From Pyrolobus fumarii 1A (GTDB lineage: Archaea; Thermoproteota; Thermoprotei_A; Sulfolobales; Pyrodictiaceae): a stretch of 32,000 nucleotides of DNA. The translations under genes and the position numbers were made by a program. The notes under the pieces were generated by a model. That model was not told the DNA's origin. It worked only from the letters and a program-made list of their open reading frames with translations, and ran no database searches. Shown in pieces: positions 24,478 through 32,000 of this stretch (positions are counted from its first letter, which is position 1; the number at the start of each line of letters is the position of its first letter). The stretch covers positions 1,620,001-1,652,000 of the forward strand of contig NC_015931.1 of assembly GCF_000223395.1 (NCBI RefSeq), read 5' to 3'.

Positions 24478-24757
24478 GGGTCACCGCCTCTAGCACCCTG
24501 GTGGCTTCGTGCTCTTCCTCCCTCCAGTCTCTCATCTTCTCGCGGAAGACCCTACTCACGCGCTCATAGAGCTTATCGAGGGGAACAAGCTCAATGACAT
24601 TATCGCTTCTAACGCGTATTGCTATCTTGGAGCCTTCTCTCAAGCCGAGGGCCTCTCTCACCTCGCGGGGAAGGAGTATCCTACCTCTCGAATCTAGACG
24701 GACAACACGTTGCAAGACTAGGCACCCTCTAGGCGTGCCCTCTTCCCACAAGTGCAC
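24446..24757 (-). CDS. vapB: AbrB/SpoVT-fold antitoxin VapB
   Basis: VVRLDSRGRILLPREVREALGLREGSKIAIRV is a SpoVT/AbrB swapped-hairpin motif. The likely start is TTG 24715 (MQRVVRLD..), because a CTTAAGAC TATA-like box at 24771-24779 places the TSS downstream of GTG 24757. Confidence 0.8.
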   Translation of the reverse strand: MHLWEEGTPRGCLVLQRVVRLDSRGRILLPREVREALGLREGSKIAIRVRSDNVIELVPLDKLYERVSRVFREKMRDWREEEHEATRVLEAVTRAEAAEDRNS

Positions 24758-24808
24758 GGGCCTGTGGGCTGGTCTTAAGGCATGTGGGTTTGTGTGTGCG
24801 GAAACCCG

Positions 24809-24816
24809 TTTATCCT
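24809..24816 (+). promoter_or_regulatory. TATA box (TTTATCCT) for fbp
   Basis: Its centre lies about 23 nt before ATG 24835. The same TTTATCCTA 9-mer precedes the leaderless TTG at 31053. Confidence 0.45.
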
Positions 24817-24834
24817 ACCGAACACGTCTACACC

Positions 24835-26016
24835 ATGGTGCAGGTCATGAGTGAGGAGCGCAAGGTTACAATTAGCGTCATAAAGGCTGATATCGGTAGC
24901 ATTGCTGGGCACCACAAGGTACACCCAGACACGATGGCGGCTGCTGCTCGTGTACTAGCCGAGGCTAAGAGAAAGGGCGTCATCATCGACTTCTATGTGA
25001 CGCACGTTGGCGACGACTTGCAGCTCATCATGACGCACCGTAAGGGTGTCGACTCGCCCGAGATACACGAGCTAGCCTGGAACGCCTTCAAGAAGGCGGC
25101 CGAGGTGGCCAAGGAGCTCGGTCTATACGCCGCTGGCCAGGACCTGCTCAGCGACGCCTTCAGCGGTAACATTAGGGGTCTAGGCCCTGGAGTCGCCGAG
25201 ATGGAGATAGTAGAGAGGCCAAGCGAGCCCATAGTCATCTTCATGGCGGACAAGACCGAGCCCGGCGCCTTCAACCTGCCACTATTCCGCGCCTTCGCCG
25301 ACCCCTTCACCACCGCAGGTCTAGTCATAGACCCCAGGATGCACGATGGCTTCCGCTTCCAGATACTAGACCTCTACGAGGGTCGTATGATCGAGCTTAA
25401 CGCACCCGAAGAGATGTACGACATCCTAGCGCTCATAGGCGACCCAACCAGGTATGTGATCAAGAGGATATTCAGGAAGACCGACGGCGAGATAGCAGCC
25501 GTCGTTAGCAGCGAGAGGCTCAACCTCATAGCAGGGAGGTACGTCGGTAAGGACGACCCGGTAGCAATCGCGAGAGTACAGCACGGCTTCCCTGCGCTCG
25601 GCGAGATCCTAGAGCCGTTCGCATTCCCGCATCTCGTGCCAGGCTGGATGAGAGGCAGCCACTGGGGCCCACTAATGCCCGTAGGCCTCCGCGACGCCAG
25701 GTGCACCAGGTTCGACGGCCCACCAAGAGTCATCGCACTAGGCTTCCAGGTGACAAAGGGCAGGCTCATAGGCCCAGTAGACCTATTCGAGGATGTCGCC
25801 TTCGACGAGACGAGGAGGCTCGCCCAGCAGATCGCGGAGTACATGCGCCGCCACGGCCCATTCATGCCGCACAGGCTGCACGCCGAGGAGATGGAGTACA
25901 CAACGCTACCAGACGTGCTCAAGAAGCTCGAGGGTCGTTGGAAGAAGGTGGAGGGCCCCGAGGCCCGCGAGATAGGCAAGCGCGAGAGGAAGGAGAGCGC
26001 AGAGGTGCAAGAGTAA
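24835..26016 (+). CDS. fbp: Fructose-1,6-bisphosphate aldolase/phosphatase (class V FBPase)
   Basis: KVTISVIKADIGSIAGHHKVHP and a family-typical length support the call. The track ORF begins at 24784, but TATA spacing favours ATG 24835 (or 24847). Confidence 0.93.
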   Translation: MVQVMSEERKVTISVIKADIGSIAGHHKVHPDTMAAAARVLAEAKRKGVIIDFYVTHVGDDLQLIMTHRKGVDSPEIHELAWNAFKKAAEVAKELGLYAAGQDLLSDAFSGNIRGLGPGVAEMEIVERPSEPIVIFMADKTEPGAFNLPLFRAFADPFTTAGLVIDPRMHDGFRFQILDLYEGRMIELNAPEEMYDILALIGDPTRYVIKRIFRKTDGEIAAVVSSERLNLIAGRYVGKDDPVAIARVQHGFPALGEILEPFAFPHLVPGWMRGSHWGPLMPVGLRDARCTRFDGPPRVIALGFQVTKGRLIGPVDLFEDVAFDETRRLAQQIAEYMRRHGPFMPHRLHAEEMEYTTLPDVLKKLEGRWKKVEGPEAREIGKRERKESAEVQE

Positions 26017-26064
26017 AACCCTCTAACACATAACGCGCCTAGGTTTTGCAGCACATGCATTAAC

Positions 26065-26075
26065 ACGTGTTTTTC
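26065..26075 (+). terminator. Oligo-T terminator candidate (ACGTGTTTTTC) after fbp
   Basis: A T5 run lies about 50 nt after the fbp stop. It is the same 10-mer as after rrp42. Confidence 0.4.
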
Positions 26076-26162
26076 CGCTTTGGTATGTCTTGGCCTCCTT
26101 ATCCTAGCTCTTCACGCGCTAAGTGCTAGGCTAGTCGACAAGCTACGTCACTACTAAGAGCC

Positions 26163-26903
26163 TTGGCAGAGGATGGCAAGGTTTTCACCTTGCCTAGGCG
26201 GCTTGATACTCCTGAGGATGGGGCTGAAGCCTTGAAGTTGCTGGCGAGGGGCGCGGAGGCGGAACTGTATCTTGTAGAGTGGGGTGGTAGGCTGGCTGTT
26301 CTGAAAAGAAGGGTACCTAAGCCTTACCGTCATCGCGTGATTGACGATGCGCTGAGGTTTAGACGGACGCTCGTGGAGGCTCGTATGCTGGTTAGGGCGT
26401 TGGAACTTGGACTCAGCGTGCCTCTACTCTATGAAGTGAGGCTTAGTGACGCCGAGATAATCATGGAGTATGTCGAGGGGAGGAGTCTAAGGTGGTATAT
26501 AGAGGAGTGTGGGCTTGACGAGGTTGCTGTTGATGCTGTTAAGAGGCTCGGATGGATGATAGGCGTTCTGCACGAACACGGGTTCGTCCATGGTGACGTC
26601 ACCACTAGTAACATCATTGTGACTGGGAGAGGGTCCTACAAGCTCATAGATTTCGGGTTATCGGGGTCTAGTGATGATGAGGAGGACAAGGCGGTTGATG
26701 TCCACTTGTTTCTCAGGGCTGTGGAGTCGACTCATCCGGAGTACGCAGACAGCCTCTACAAGCTCTTCCTCGAAGGGTATGGAGAGGCTAGGGGGCGGGA
26801 GAAGGCTGAGATGGTTGCGGGGCTTGTCAGTAAGATACGGCTGATGGGTAGGTACGTCGAGGAGCGTAGGAGGCGCCGGATGGTATGGGAAGGGCTTCAC
26901 TAA
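26163..26903 (+). CDS. bud32: KEOPS subunit Bud32 (Kae1-associated atypical kinase)
   Basis: Motifs seen: LLARGAEAELY, LAVLKRRVPKPYRH, catalytic loop HGDVTTSNIIV, and LIDFGLS. The start is uncertain (TTG 26163 or a downstream TTG). Confidence 0.85.
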   Translation: MAEDGKVFTLPRRLDTPEDGAEALKLLARGAEAELYLVEWGGRLAVLKRRVPKPYRHRVIDDALRFRRTLVEARMLVRALELGLSVPLLYEVRLSDAEIIMEYVEGRSLRWYIEECGLDEVAVDAVKRLGWMIGVLHEHGFVHGDVTTSNIIVTGRGSYKLIDFGLSGSSDDEEDKAVDVHLFLRAVESTHPEYADSLYKLFLEGYGEARGREKAEMVAGLVSKIRLMGRYVEERRRRRMVWEGLH

Positions 26904-29203
26904 GGCTCCTCATCTCGGGTATAGTACAGGGTGTGGGCTTCCGCCCATTCGTATACCGGGTTGCACTCCTTTCCGGCGTAGCGGGTTACGTTAGGAACCT
27001 TGGCGGCTCCGAGGTAGAGATTAGGGTTGAGGGTAGTTGGGGGCAGCTACGTGCCTTCTTGCGCCTCTTTGCCGAGAAGCTCCCCCCGCCGGCCAGGATA
27101 GAAGACCTGGAGATCATAGTCGAGCGCTGGGAGGGCATCCGGGGTTTTCGGATTCTACCATCAAGCCGCGAGGCTAGAAGAAGAAGCATGATACCTCCTG
27201 ACTTCGCGGTGTGTAGAGACTGTCTTAGCGAGGTTCTAAACCCTCACGACCGTAGGTACCGTTACCCCTTCAATAGCTGTGCGTATTGTGGCCCCCGATT
27301 CTCGATGATGTACACGGTACCCTATGACCGTGAGAATACTGCGATGCGAGACTTTCCCCTCTGTACGGGATGCGAGAGAGAGTATCGCGACCCGTGGAAC
27401 GAGAGGAGGTTCCATGCACAAGGGATAAGCTGTCCAAAATGCGGGCCTCGTGTATGGCTCGAAACGATTGATGGAGAGGTCGTGGAGACTCGCGATCCGA
27501 TTAGGGAAGCTGCTCGAATCATCGATGAAGGCGGTATAGTGGCCGTTAAGGGCATAGGAGGTTTTCATATAGCGGCGCTTGCATCCGATGACGATGTTGT
27601 TCTAGAACTCCGCAAGAGGAAGAAGAGGCCAACGAAACCCTTTGCACTCATGGCTCTAGATAGTGACGCCGCTGAGAAGCTAGTATACCTCGATAGGGAA
27701 GCTAGACGTGTCCTAGAGTCGCCAGAGGCGCCAATCCTACTCCTACCTAGACGCGAAGACGCACCAGTGTCCAAGTATGTCGCGCCCGGCCTAGACACGC
27801 TGGGTGTAATGATCGCCTACTCTCCTCTACACTACCTCCTCTTATCCGAGACACGCGACAAGTTCCTCATAATGACAAGCGGGAATGTGCACGGTAAACC
27901 GATGTGCACGAGCATAGAGTGTGTCCGCGAGAAACTCAAGGGTATCGTGGATTACGTGCTCAACCATAATCGCGTTATAGTCAATCGCGTCGATGACAGT
28001 GTTGCCAGGTTTACTGCCGGAAGACTAGTCCTGATAAGACGTGGTAGGGGCTACGCGCCAACCTGGATAAGACTCGGTTTCCGCCTACCACGCGAGGTAG
28101 TGGCGTTCGGGGCTGAACTGCAGAACGCGGGGGCAGTTGCATTTGAGGATAAGGTCGTACTGACACAGTACATAGGCGACACCGACGACTATGATACCCT
28201 CATGGAGCTCGAGAAGTACCTTAAGTGGTTTGTAGAGCAGTACTCGATTGACGTCTCCAAAGCTGTTCTCGTCGCCGACCTCCACCCCAGGTATAACTCG
28301 AGGAGGCTCGCGGAGGAATGGGCTTCGAGAACCGGAGCCGAGCTCATACTAGTGCAGCATCATCATGCACATGTTGCATCGGTCATAGCCGAGAGGAGGA
28401 TGAAACCTGGCGTGAGGCGTGTCGGTATAGCGATTGACGGTGTTGGCTACGGGCTGGATGGTAGCATATGGGGCGGCGAGGTGATAGTCACCGATCTTGC
28501 TAGCTTCGAGCGTGTTGGTCATCTTGAGCCACAGCCATTGCCGGGTGGGGACCGTGCAACGGAGTACCCGGCTAGGATAGCTATTGCGATATTAACCAAA
28601 CTGATGGGTGTAGACGAGGCTGTCGAGATGGCTGTTAAGCTCGGGTTGGTTCGTGGGCTGCCCTATGGTGAGAGTGAGGCGCGTGTAGCGGCTATACAAG
28701 CTGCTCGTGGCAACGCGCCTCTCTCTTCAAGCATGGGTAGGATACTGGACGCCTTTGCAGCGTTACTTGGTGTCTGCTACCATCGTGGGTATGAGGGTGA
28801 ACCCGCTATACGTCTCGAGGCTTACGGGAGAAGGGGTAAACTTCTCGATGATGTATTCGCGCCTATAAGAGGCAACATGGTTGACACTACGAGGCTGTTT
28901 AAGATGGTGCTTGAGGCTCTAATGGAGGGTGTGGATAGGCGAAGTCTCGCGTATACGGTCATGTGGAGGCTGGGTGAGGCTCTAGCGGAGCTAGCGCTCC
29001 GCGCGTTAAACAACGCAGAGGATGGTGAAAACGTGTACATGGCTGGTGGTGCGGCAGTCAACGATGTTATAGCGAGGGCTGTAGAGGCGCGCCTCTCGGA
29101 GGAGGGCGTTAAGCTGGTCTTGCCGCGGAAGGTGCCTGCGGGCGATGGTGGTATAGCGCTCGGGCAGGTGGCAGTAGCGGCCTCCATGCTTGGCACAAGC
29201 TGA
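26885..29203 (+). CDS. hypF: [NiFe]-hydrogenase maturation carbamoyltransferase HypF
   Basis: 772 aa. It has an acylphosphatase domain (ISGIVQGVGFRPFVYRVA), two zinc-finger pairs (CRDCLSEV..RRYRYPFNSCAYCGPRFS; CTGCEREY..RRFHAQGISCPKCGPR), a YrdC-like domain (IVAVKGIGGFHIAA) and a Kae1-like C-terminal domain. ATG 26885 lies 19 nt inside bud32. Confidence 0.93.
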   Translation: MGRASLRLLISGIVQGVGFRPFVYRVALLSGVAGYVRNLGGSEVEIRVEGSWGQLRAFLRLFAEKLPPPARIEDLEIIVERWEGIRGFRILPSSREARRRSMIPPDFAVCRDCLSEVLNPHDRRYRYPFNSCAYCGPRFSMMYTVPYDRENTAMRDFPLCTGCEREYRDPWNERRFHAQGISCPKCGPRVWLETIDGEVVETRDPIREAARIIDEGGIVAVKGIGGFHIAALASDDDVVLELRKRKKRPTKPFALMALDSDAAEKLVYLDREARRVLESPEAPILLLPRREDAPVSKYVAPGLDTLGVMIAYSPLHYLLLSETRDKFLIMTSGNVHGKPMCTSIECVREKLKGIVDYVLNHNRVIVNRVDDSVARFTAGRLVLIRRGRGYAPTWIRLGFRLPREVVAFGAELQNAGAVAFEDKVVLTQYIGDTDDYDTLMELEKYLKWFVEQYSIDVSKAVLVADLHPRYNSRRLAEEWASRTGAELILVQHHHAHVASVIAERRMKPGVRRVGIAIDGVGYGLDGSIWGGEVIVTDLASFERVGHLEPQPLPGGDRATEYPARIAIAILTKLMGVDEAVEMAVKLGLVRGLPYGESEARVAAIQAARGNAPLSSSMGRILDAFAALLGVCYHRGYEGEPAIRLEAYGRRGKLLDDVFAPIRGNMVDTTRLFKMVLEALMEGVDRRSLAYTVMWRLGEALAELALRALNNAEDGENVYMAGGAAVNDVIARAVEARLSEEGVKLVLPRKVPAGDGGIALGQVAVAASMLGTS

Positions 29204-29337
29204 GCATGGACACTATAGCTTCGTGGTGCTGACGTCAAGATCTGCATAGGCGTACCGGATAGAGTCCTACTCTGATTTTGGCTGCGACGGCTAGTTTTTG
29301 AGGAGCAGGAGCGGGTCTTGCAAGGCCGGGTGGGTGT

Positions 29338-30051
29338 ATGAGCGAGGAACTCGGTACCGTACCCTTAGCGACGCCCACAATTGACCCGGAGAAGCTGCTA
29401 GACTATATCGACAAACTTGATGGTGTCGCCTTTGCTGTTGTGAGTAGGGAGGGTCTACCCGTATACATACGTGGCCAGCTGGAGAGGGAGCAGGCGGAGG
29501 CGCTGGCTGCACTCGGTGAGGAAGCATTCCGCCGCATTGAGGATAGCTTTGGGAGGCTGGGTAGCGGTAGGGTGACAAAACTAGGCCTCGACATGGCTCA
29601 GGGTAGGCTATACGTCTCCAGGCTTGACGGTGGCGTGATAATATACCAGGCGTCTCCGAGGCTCGCGGACCTCCTAGCCGAGGTCATAGAGAGGTTGAAG
29701 GACAATCGGCCAGTTAAATGCGGGAACTGCGGGCACGACGTTACGCTCGCCACGTATAAGTGTCCACGTTGTAACCGCACGGTGCCATTCGTGGCGCGCG
29801 AATGTCCACACTGCGGTGCCAACATAGATGTCAAGAGGTGCCCGAACTGCGGATCCCCGCTGCGTAGCGATGGCAGCATCGTAAAGCCTCCAAAAGAGCC
29901 GGTGTACATCGGCTATGGCGCGTCGGTGCTGATGTTCGGAATTGGTGGGCTAGCGTTAGCACTGGGCGTACCTGCGGCAGGTGTTGCCGCGATAGCTGCT
30001 GGGGTGATGCTGGCGCTAGGCACGACTATCATAGTCAAGCGGAGCATCTGA
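29338..30051 (+). CDS. Roadblock/LC7(MglB)-like domain + double zinc ribbon + C-terminal membrane segments
   Basis: Residues ~15-120 (LLDYIDKLDGVAFAVVSREGLPVYIRG...GRLYVSRLDGGVIIYQASP) fit the Robl/LC7 pattern. Four CxxC knuckles follow (CGNC, CPRC, CPHC, CPNC; nt 29719-29850). A Gly/Ala-rich hydrophobic tail (residues ~190-233) gives 1-2 TM helices. Confidence 0.6.
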   Translation: MSEELGTVPLATPTIDPEKLLDYIDKLDGVAFAVVSREGLPVYIRGQLEREQAEALAALGEEAFRRIEDSFGRLGSGRVTKLGLDMAQGRLYVSRLDGGVIIYQASPRLADLLAEVIERLKDNRPVKCGNCGHDVTLATYKCPRCNRTVPFVARECPHCGANIDVKRCPNCGSPLRSDGSIVKPPKEPVYIGYGASVLMFGIGGLALALGVPAAGVAAIAAGVMLALGTTIIVKRSI

Positions 30052-30103
30052 CGACCCTAGCCGGGTGTTACTATCTCGCCGGTCGCCAGCCCCTACCCCT
30101 CCC

Positions 30104-30113
30104 TAAGCTATAC
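30104..30113 (+). promoter_or_regulatory. TATA-like box (TAAGCTATAC) for a leaderless transcript starting at ATG 30129
   Basis: This is the only AT-rich element in the spacer. Its centre lies about 21 nt before the ATG. Confidence 0.35.
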
Positions 30114-30128
30114 GCCCGGGCAGCCCCT

Positions 30129-30617
30129 ATGCCAGCCTCGCAAACAGCAAGCAATGCAGTTAGTTTCGCTCACCCGGGTCCCCAGCCTGTACAGCCAGAG
30201 CTCCTAGACCTACTGGTCGAGCTGGCAGCCACTAGTACAGGTGTAATCCGTGAATCGATCGAGGCGATACTCGACGACTACATCGTTGATTGGCTTGAGG
30301 AGCTTCGGCCACTACCCTACATACCAAACCTTGTAGTCGAAGTCGCGGCGCGTAAGAACTGGGTGCCAGAACTAGTCGAGAAGCTGGGCGCCACGACTAT
30401 AGTCGAGGCCATGAGCCTTGCGCTTCAAGCTGCGAGGAGCGAGCCAGGCGTATGCCAGACGCTCATACCGCAGCTTGTCCAGACCGAGGAGCTTTTGCTT
30501 GAAGCGTCTGGCGTCGAGCCGGGCGAGGCCATAAGGAGTGTTATGGAGAGCAACGATTGTAAAGCCCACGCGGCCCTCCTCGCGGCACTAATAGCAGTTA
30601 AGCCGATGAAGGGGTGA
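30129..30617 (+). CDS. Hypothetical acidic helical protein (162 aa)
   Basis: This long ORF has an ATG start and I recognise no family. It is followed after one codon by the next ORF in the same frame. Confidence 0.5.
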   Translation: MPASQTASNAVSFAHPGPQPVQPELLDLLVELAATSTGVIRESIEAILDDYIVDWLEELRPLPYIPNLVVEVAARKNWVPELVEKLGATTIVEAMSLALQAARSEPGVCQTLIPQLVQTEELLLEASGVEPGEAIRSVMESNDCKAHAALLAALIAVKPMKG

Positions 30618-30620
30618 TGC

Positions 30621-30965
30621 ATGGTGCTTGCGCTATCCTATGTCGTTGAGAAGCTGGCTGAAGCTGCTGCTAGGAGGGCATCCGGTCTAAGGTATGACAT
30701 TGATGCGCTTGGGCTTGCGGGCGAGACTAAGAGAATGGCGGAGGAGGTTATCGAGAGTGTAGCCATGACGCTAGTGTTCGAGCGGAGAGGTCTTCTGAGA
30801 TGCGCGGTTTGCAGCAAGGGACCCTTCACACGCAAAGGCCTCTACCTGCATCTCACTAGAGTGCACCGCGAGTTCATAGAAGAGCTTGTTCGTAAGGAGC
30901 TAGAGGCTAGGCTATTGGGTAAAGGCGGGGGGTCTGGAGGGGCGGAGCACGCTCACCGGGCCTAA
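30621..30965 (+). CDS. Hypothetical protein with a single C2H2 zinc finger
   Basis: 114 aa. CAVCSKGPFTRKGLYLHLTRVH fits C-x2-C-x12-H-x4-H (nt 30801-30866). A Gly-rich tail follows. GGTGAT SD-like sequence precedes the ATG. Confidence 0.55.
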   Translation: MVLALSYVVEKLAEAAARRASGLRYDIDALGLAGETKRMAEEVIESVAMTLVFERRGLLRCAVCSKGPFTRKGLYLHLTRVHREFIEELVRKELEARLLGKGGGSGGAEHAHRA

Positions 30966-31024
30966 GCCCTCGCAATTGGAGTCTGTCTTCACACCCCGCG
31001 CGAACCTAGACACGTTAGAGGGGC

Positions 31025-31032
31025 TTTATCCT
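31025..31032 (+). promoter_or_regulatory. TATA box (TTTATCCT) for a leaderless transcript starting at TTG 31053
   Basis: Its centre lies about 25 nt upstream of TTG 31053. Confidence 0.4.
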
Positions 31033-31052
31033 AACCACCCTGGTGCCGACAG

Positions 31053-31679
31053 TTGCGTGGATCGTGGTCACCTAGACGCTTGAAAGACGTTACAGCCTCC
31101 TCTCTAGTAGCTCTCCTCATAGACGTGACTTCGGGGCGCGTGGCGTCGCCAAAAAGCGAGGCGCTATTCGCGGGTATAGCGTTCCTCTATTCTACGTTGT
31201 GGCTCGGTAGAGGCGATCCACGCGAAGGTGCAGAAGCGCTCCGAGATGCCGCTGGGGGCCCACTGGATGGTGCAGTTGTAGCAAGGGCGACGATAGCAGG
31301 CTTGGCTGGTCTGCCTGGCCGTGAGGCATGGAGTCTAATCAGGGAGCTTATGGAGGGCAAGGTACCCCGTCATTGGATATCACAGCAGCTTATGGAGGCC
31401 TACGCGAGGTACAAGATAAACAAGATGCAAGTCATGAAGTGGTTTAGCGACCCCTCATCCATCCGAGTGCGTAGCTTTAACAGCGAGGTCGCCGAGCTAG
31501 CAGAGACCCTCCTGCGCCACAAGGATATGCTCGAGGAACTCGCCAGACTCGACTACAGGCGGTACGTGGAGGCTGGCAAGACACTATACCAGGTTGCCCG
31601 GAGGACGGTGGAGAGGTCACCCCGTTTCGTCGAGAGGATAGCAGGACGCGTTAGGAGGCTAATGCTATGGGGTCTATGA
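31053..31679 (+). CDS. Hypothetical protein (208 aa)
   Basis: This long ORF has a TTG start at the canonical distance from a TATA box. I recognise no motif. Confidence 0.5.
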   Translation: MRGSWSPRRLKDVTASSLVALLIDVTSGRVASPKSEALFAGIAFLYSTLWLGRGDPREGAEALRDAAGGPLDGAVVARATIAGLAGLPGREAWSLIRELMEGKVPRHWISQQLMEAYARYKINKMQVMKWFSDPSSIRVRSFNSEVAELAETLLRHKDMLEELARLDYRRYVEAGKTLYQVARRTVERSPRFVERIAGRVRRLMLWGL

Positions 31680-31685
31680 AAGAGT

Positions 31686-32000
31686 TTATGGAGCGTGCGT
31701 GAGAGGCTCGTGCAAAACCTCCATGAGCGCCTTCTCGAGCCTCCTAGCAGCTCTTCTCGCTGTTCTATCCCTCTTCGGGTAGACTATCACATAGCGCACC
31801 TTGCTTGCATTCGCCTCGACGCGCACCTCTAGGTTCTTGCTAAGCCTGGCCTCGAGCACAACAGCACGCCCATCATTCTCGATTATATACTCGCGTGTAA
31901 ACGCTTGCATGTTTAGATGCACATCCTCCGGCTCGATCCTCGAGGCCACCAGTGCACGCATGAACACCAAGAGTGCCGAGTTAAACGCCTTCCTTGCGGC
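31686..32000 (-). CDS. Hypothetical protein, C-terminal part (open to the right window edge)
   Basis: The track lists 31686-31970 (TTG start). The frame stays open upstream to base 32000 (..AARKAFNSALL-VFMRAL..), so the gene probably starts outside the window. Confidence 0.45.
   Translation of the reverse strand, partial: AARKAFNSALLVFMRALVASRIEPEDVHLNMQAFTREYIIENDGRAVVLEARLSKNLEVRVEANASKVRYVIVYPKRDRTARRAARRLEKALMEVLHEPLTHAP

Noticed and set aside
25374-26066. 230-aa ORF antisense to fbp. Similar long antisense ORFs occur at 479-934, 5726-6271, 7364-7696, 17230-17646 and 28822-29247.
   Set aside because: These are shadow ORFs of GC-rich genes. They are Ser/Arg/Pro/Ala-rich with no motifs and are wholly contained in confidently identified genes on the other strand.
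30615-30623. In-frame TGA between the 162-aa and 114-aa ORFs as a read-through, selenocysteine or recoding site.
   Set aside because: A normal ATG with an upstream GGTGAT SD follows one codon later, so ordinary stop-restart coupling explains it. No SECIS-like hairpin is evident downstream.
29204-31970. The Roadblock/ORFan block as an integrated mobile element or provirus.
   Set aside because: I found no integrase, tRNA target, flanking direct repeats or obvious compositional shift. The promoters look like the host's other leaderless promoters.
1-32000. Scan for tRNA (T-loop GTTCRANYC), rRNA, CRISPR repeats, IS elements and long direct or inverted repeats.
   Set aside because: I found none by eye. 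The only T-loop-like strings (e.g. GGGTTCGCAAG at ~14235, GTTCAAGTC at ~10443) lack matching stems or acceptor arms. A computational scan (tRNAscan-SE, Infernal, CRISPR finders) would be needed to exclude them formally.

Overview
This is a gene-dense chromosomal segment from a hyperthermophilic crenarchaeon (Thermoproteota). Split GMP synthase, FBP aldolase/phosphatase, a LysW-pathway hydrolase and TATA boxes about 25 nt before start codons look Desulfurococcales/Pyrodictiaceae-like, but I cannot name the species. Most genes are housekeeping: a LysK-like M20 hydrolase, a HAD hydrolase, a Tmk-like protein, an NSUN-type RNA m5C methyltransferase, the proteasome-exosome superoperon (psmA, SBDS, rrp4, rrp41, rrp42, rpl37ae), RFC large and small subunits, a nitrilase-family hydrolase, guaAA/guaAB, KEOPS subunits Cgi121 and Bud32, a purine PRTase, ABCE1, a VapBC pair, FBP aldolase/phosphatase and HypF. 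I saw no rRNA, tRNA, CRISPR array, transposase or integrase. The non-housekeeping content sits in three places. (i) 16.4-20.6 kb holds two small helical ORFans, an MvhD-like polyferredoxin, a pilin-like (class III signal) glycoprotein and a GH114/TM1410-like secreted hydrolase. That hydrolase only gains a signal peptide if translation starts at a CTG or reads through the upstream in-frame TGA. (ii) 20.6-20.85 kb holds a C/D-box-like sRNA candidate and a 43-codon Glu/Trp micro-ORF directly after cgi121. (iii) 29.3-31.7 kb holds a Roadblock/LC7 + double zinc ribbon + TM fusion protein followed by three uncharacterised ORFs, one with a C2H2 finger. Other oddities are a TauE/SafE permease broken by two frameshifts, a Tmk paralogue lacking the P-loop lysine, a K-turn-like structured element upstream of psmA, and bud32 overlapping hypF. 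All family assignments come from motif recognition by eye; no database search was possible.
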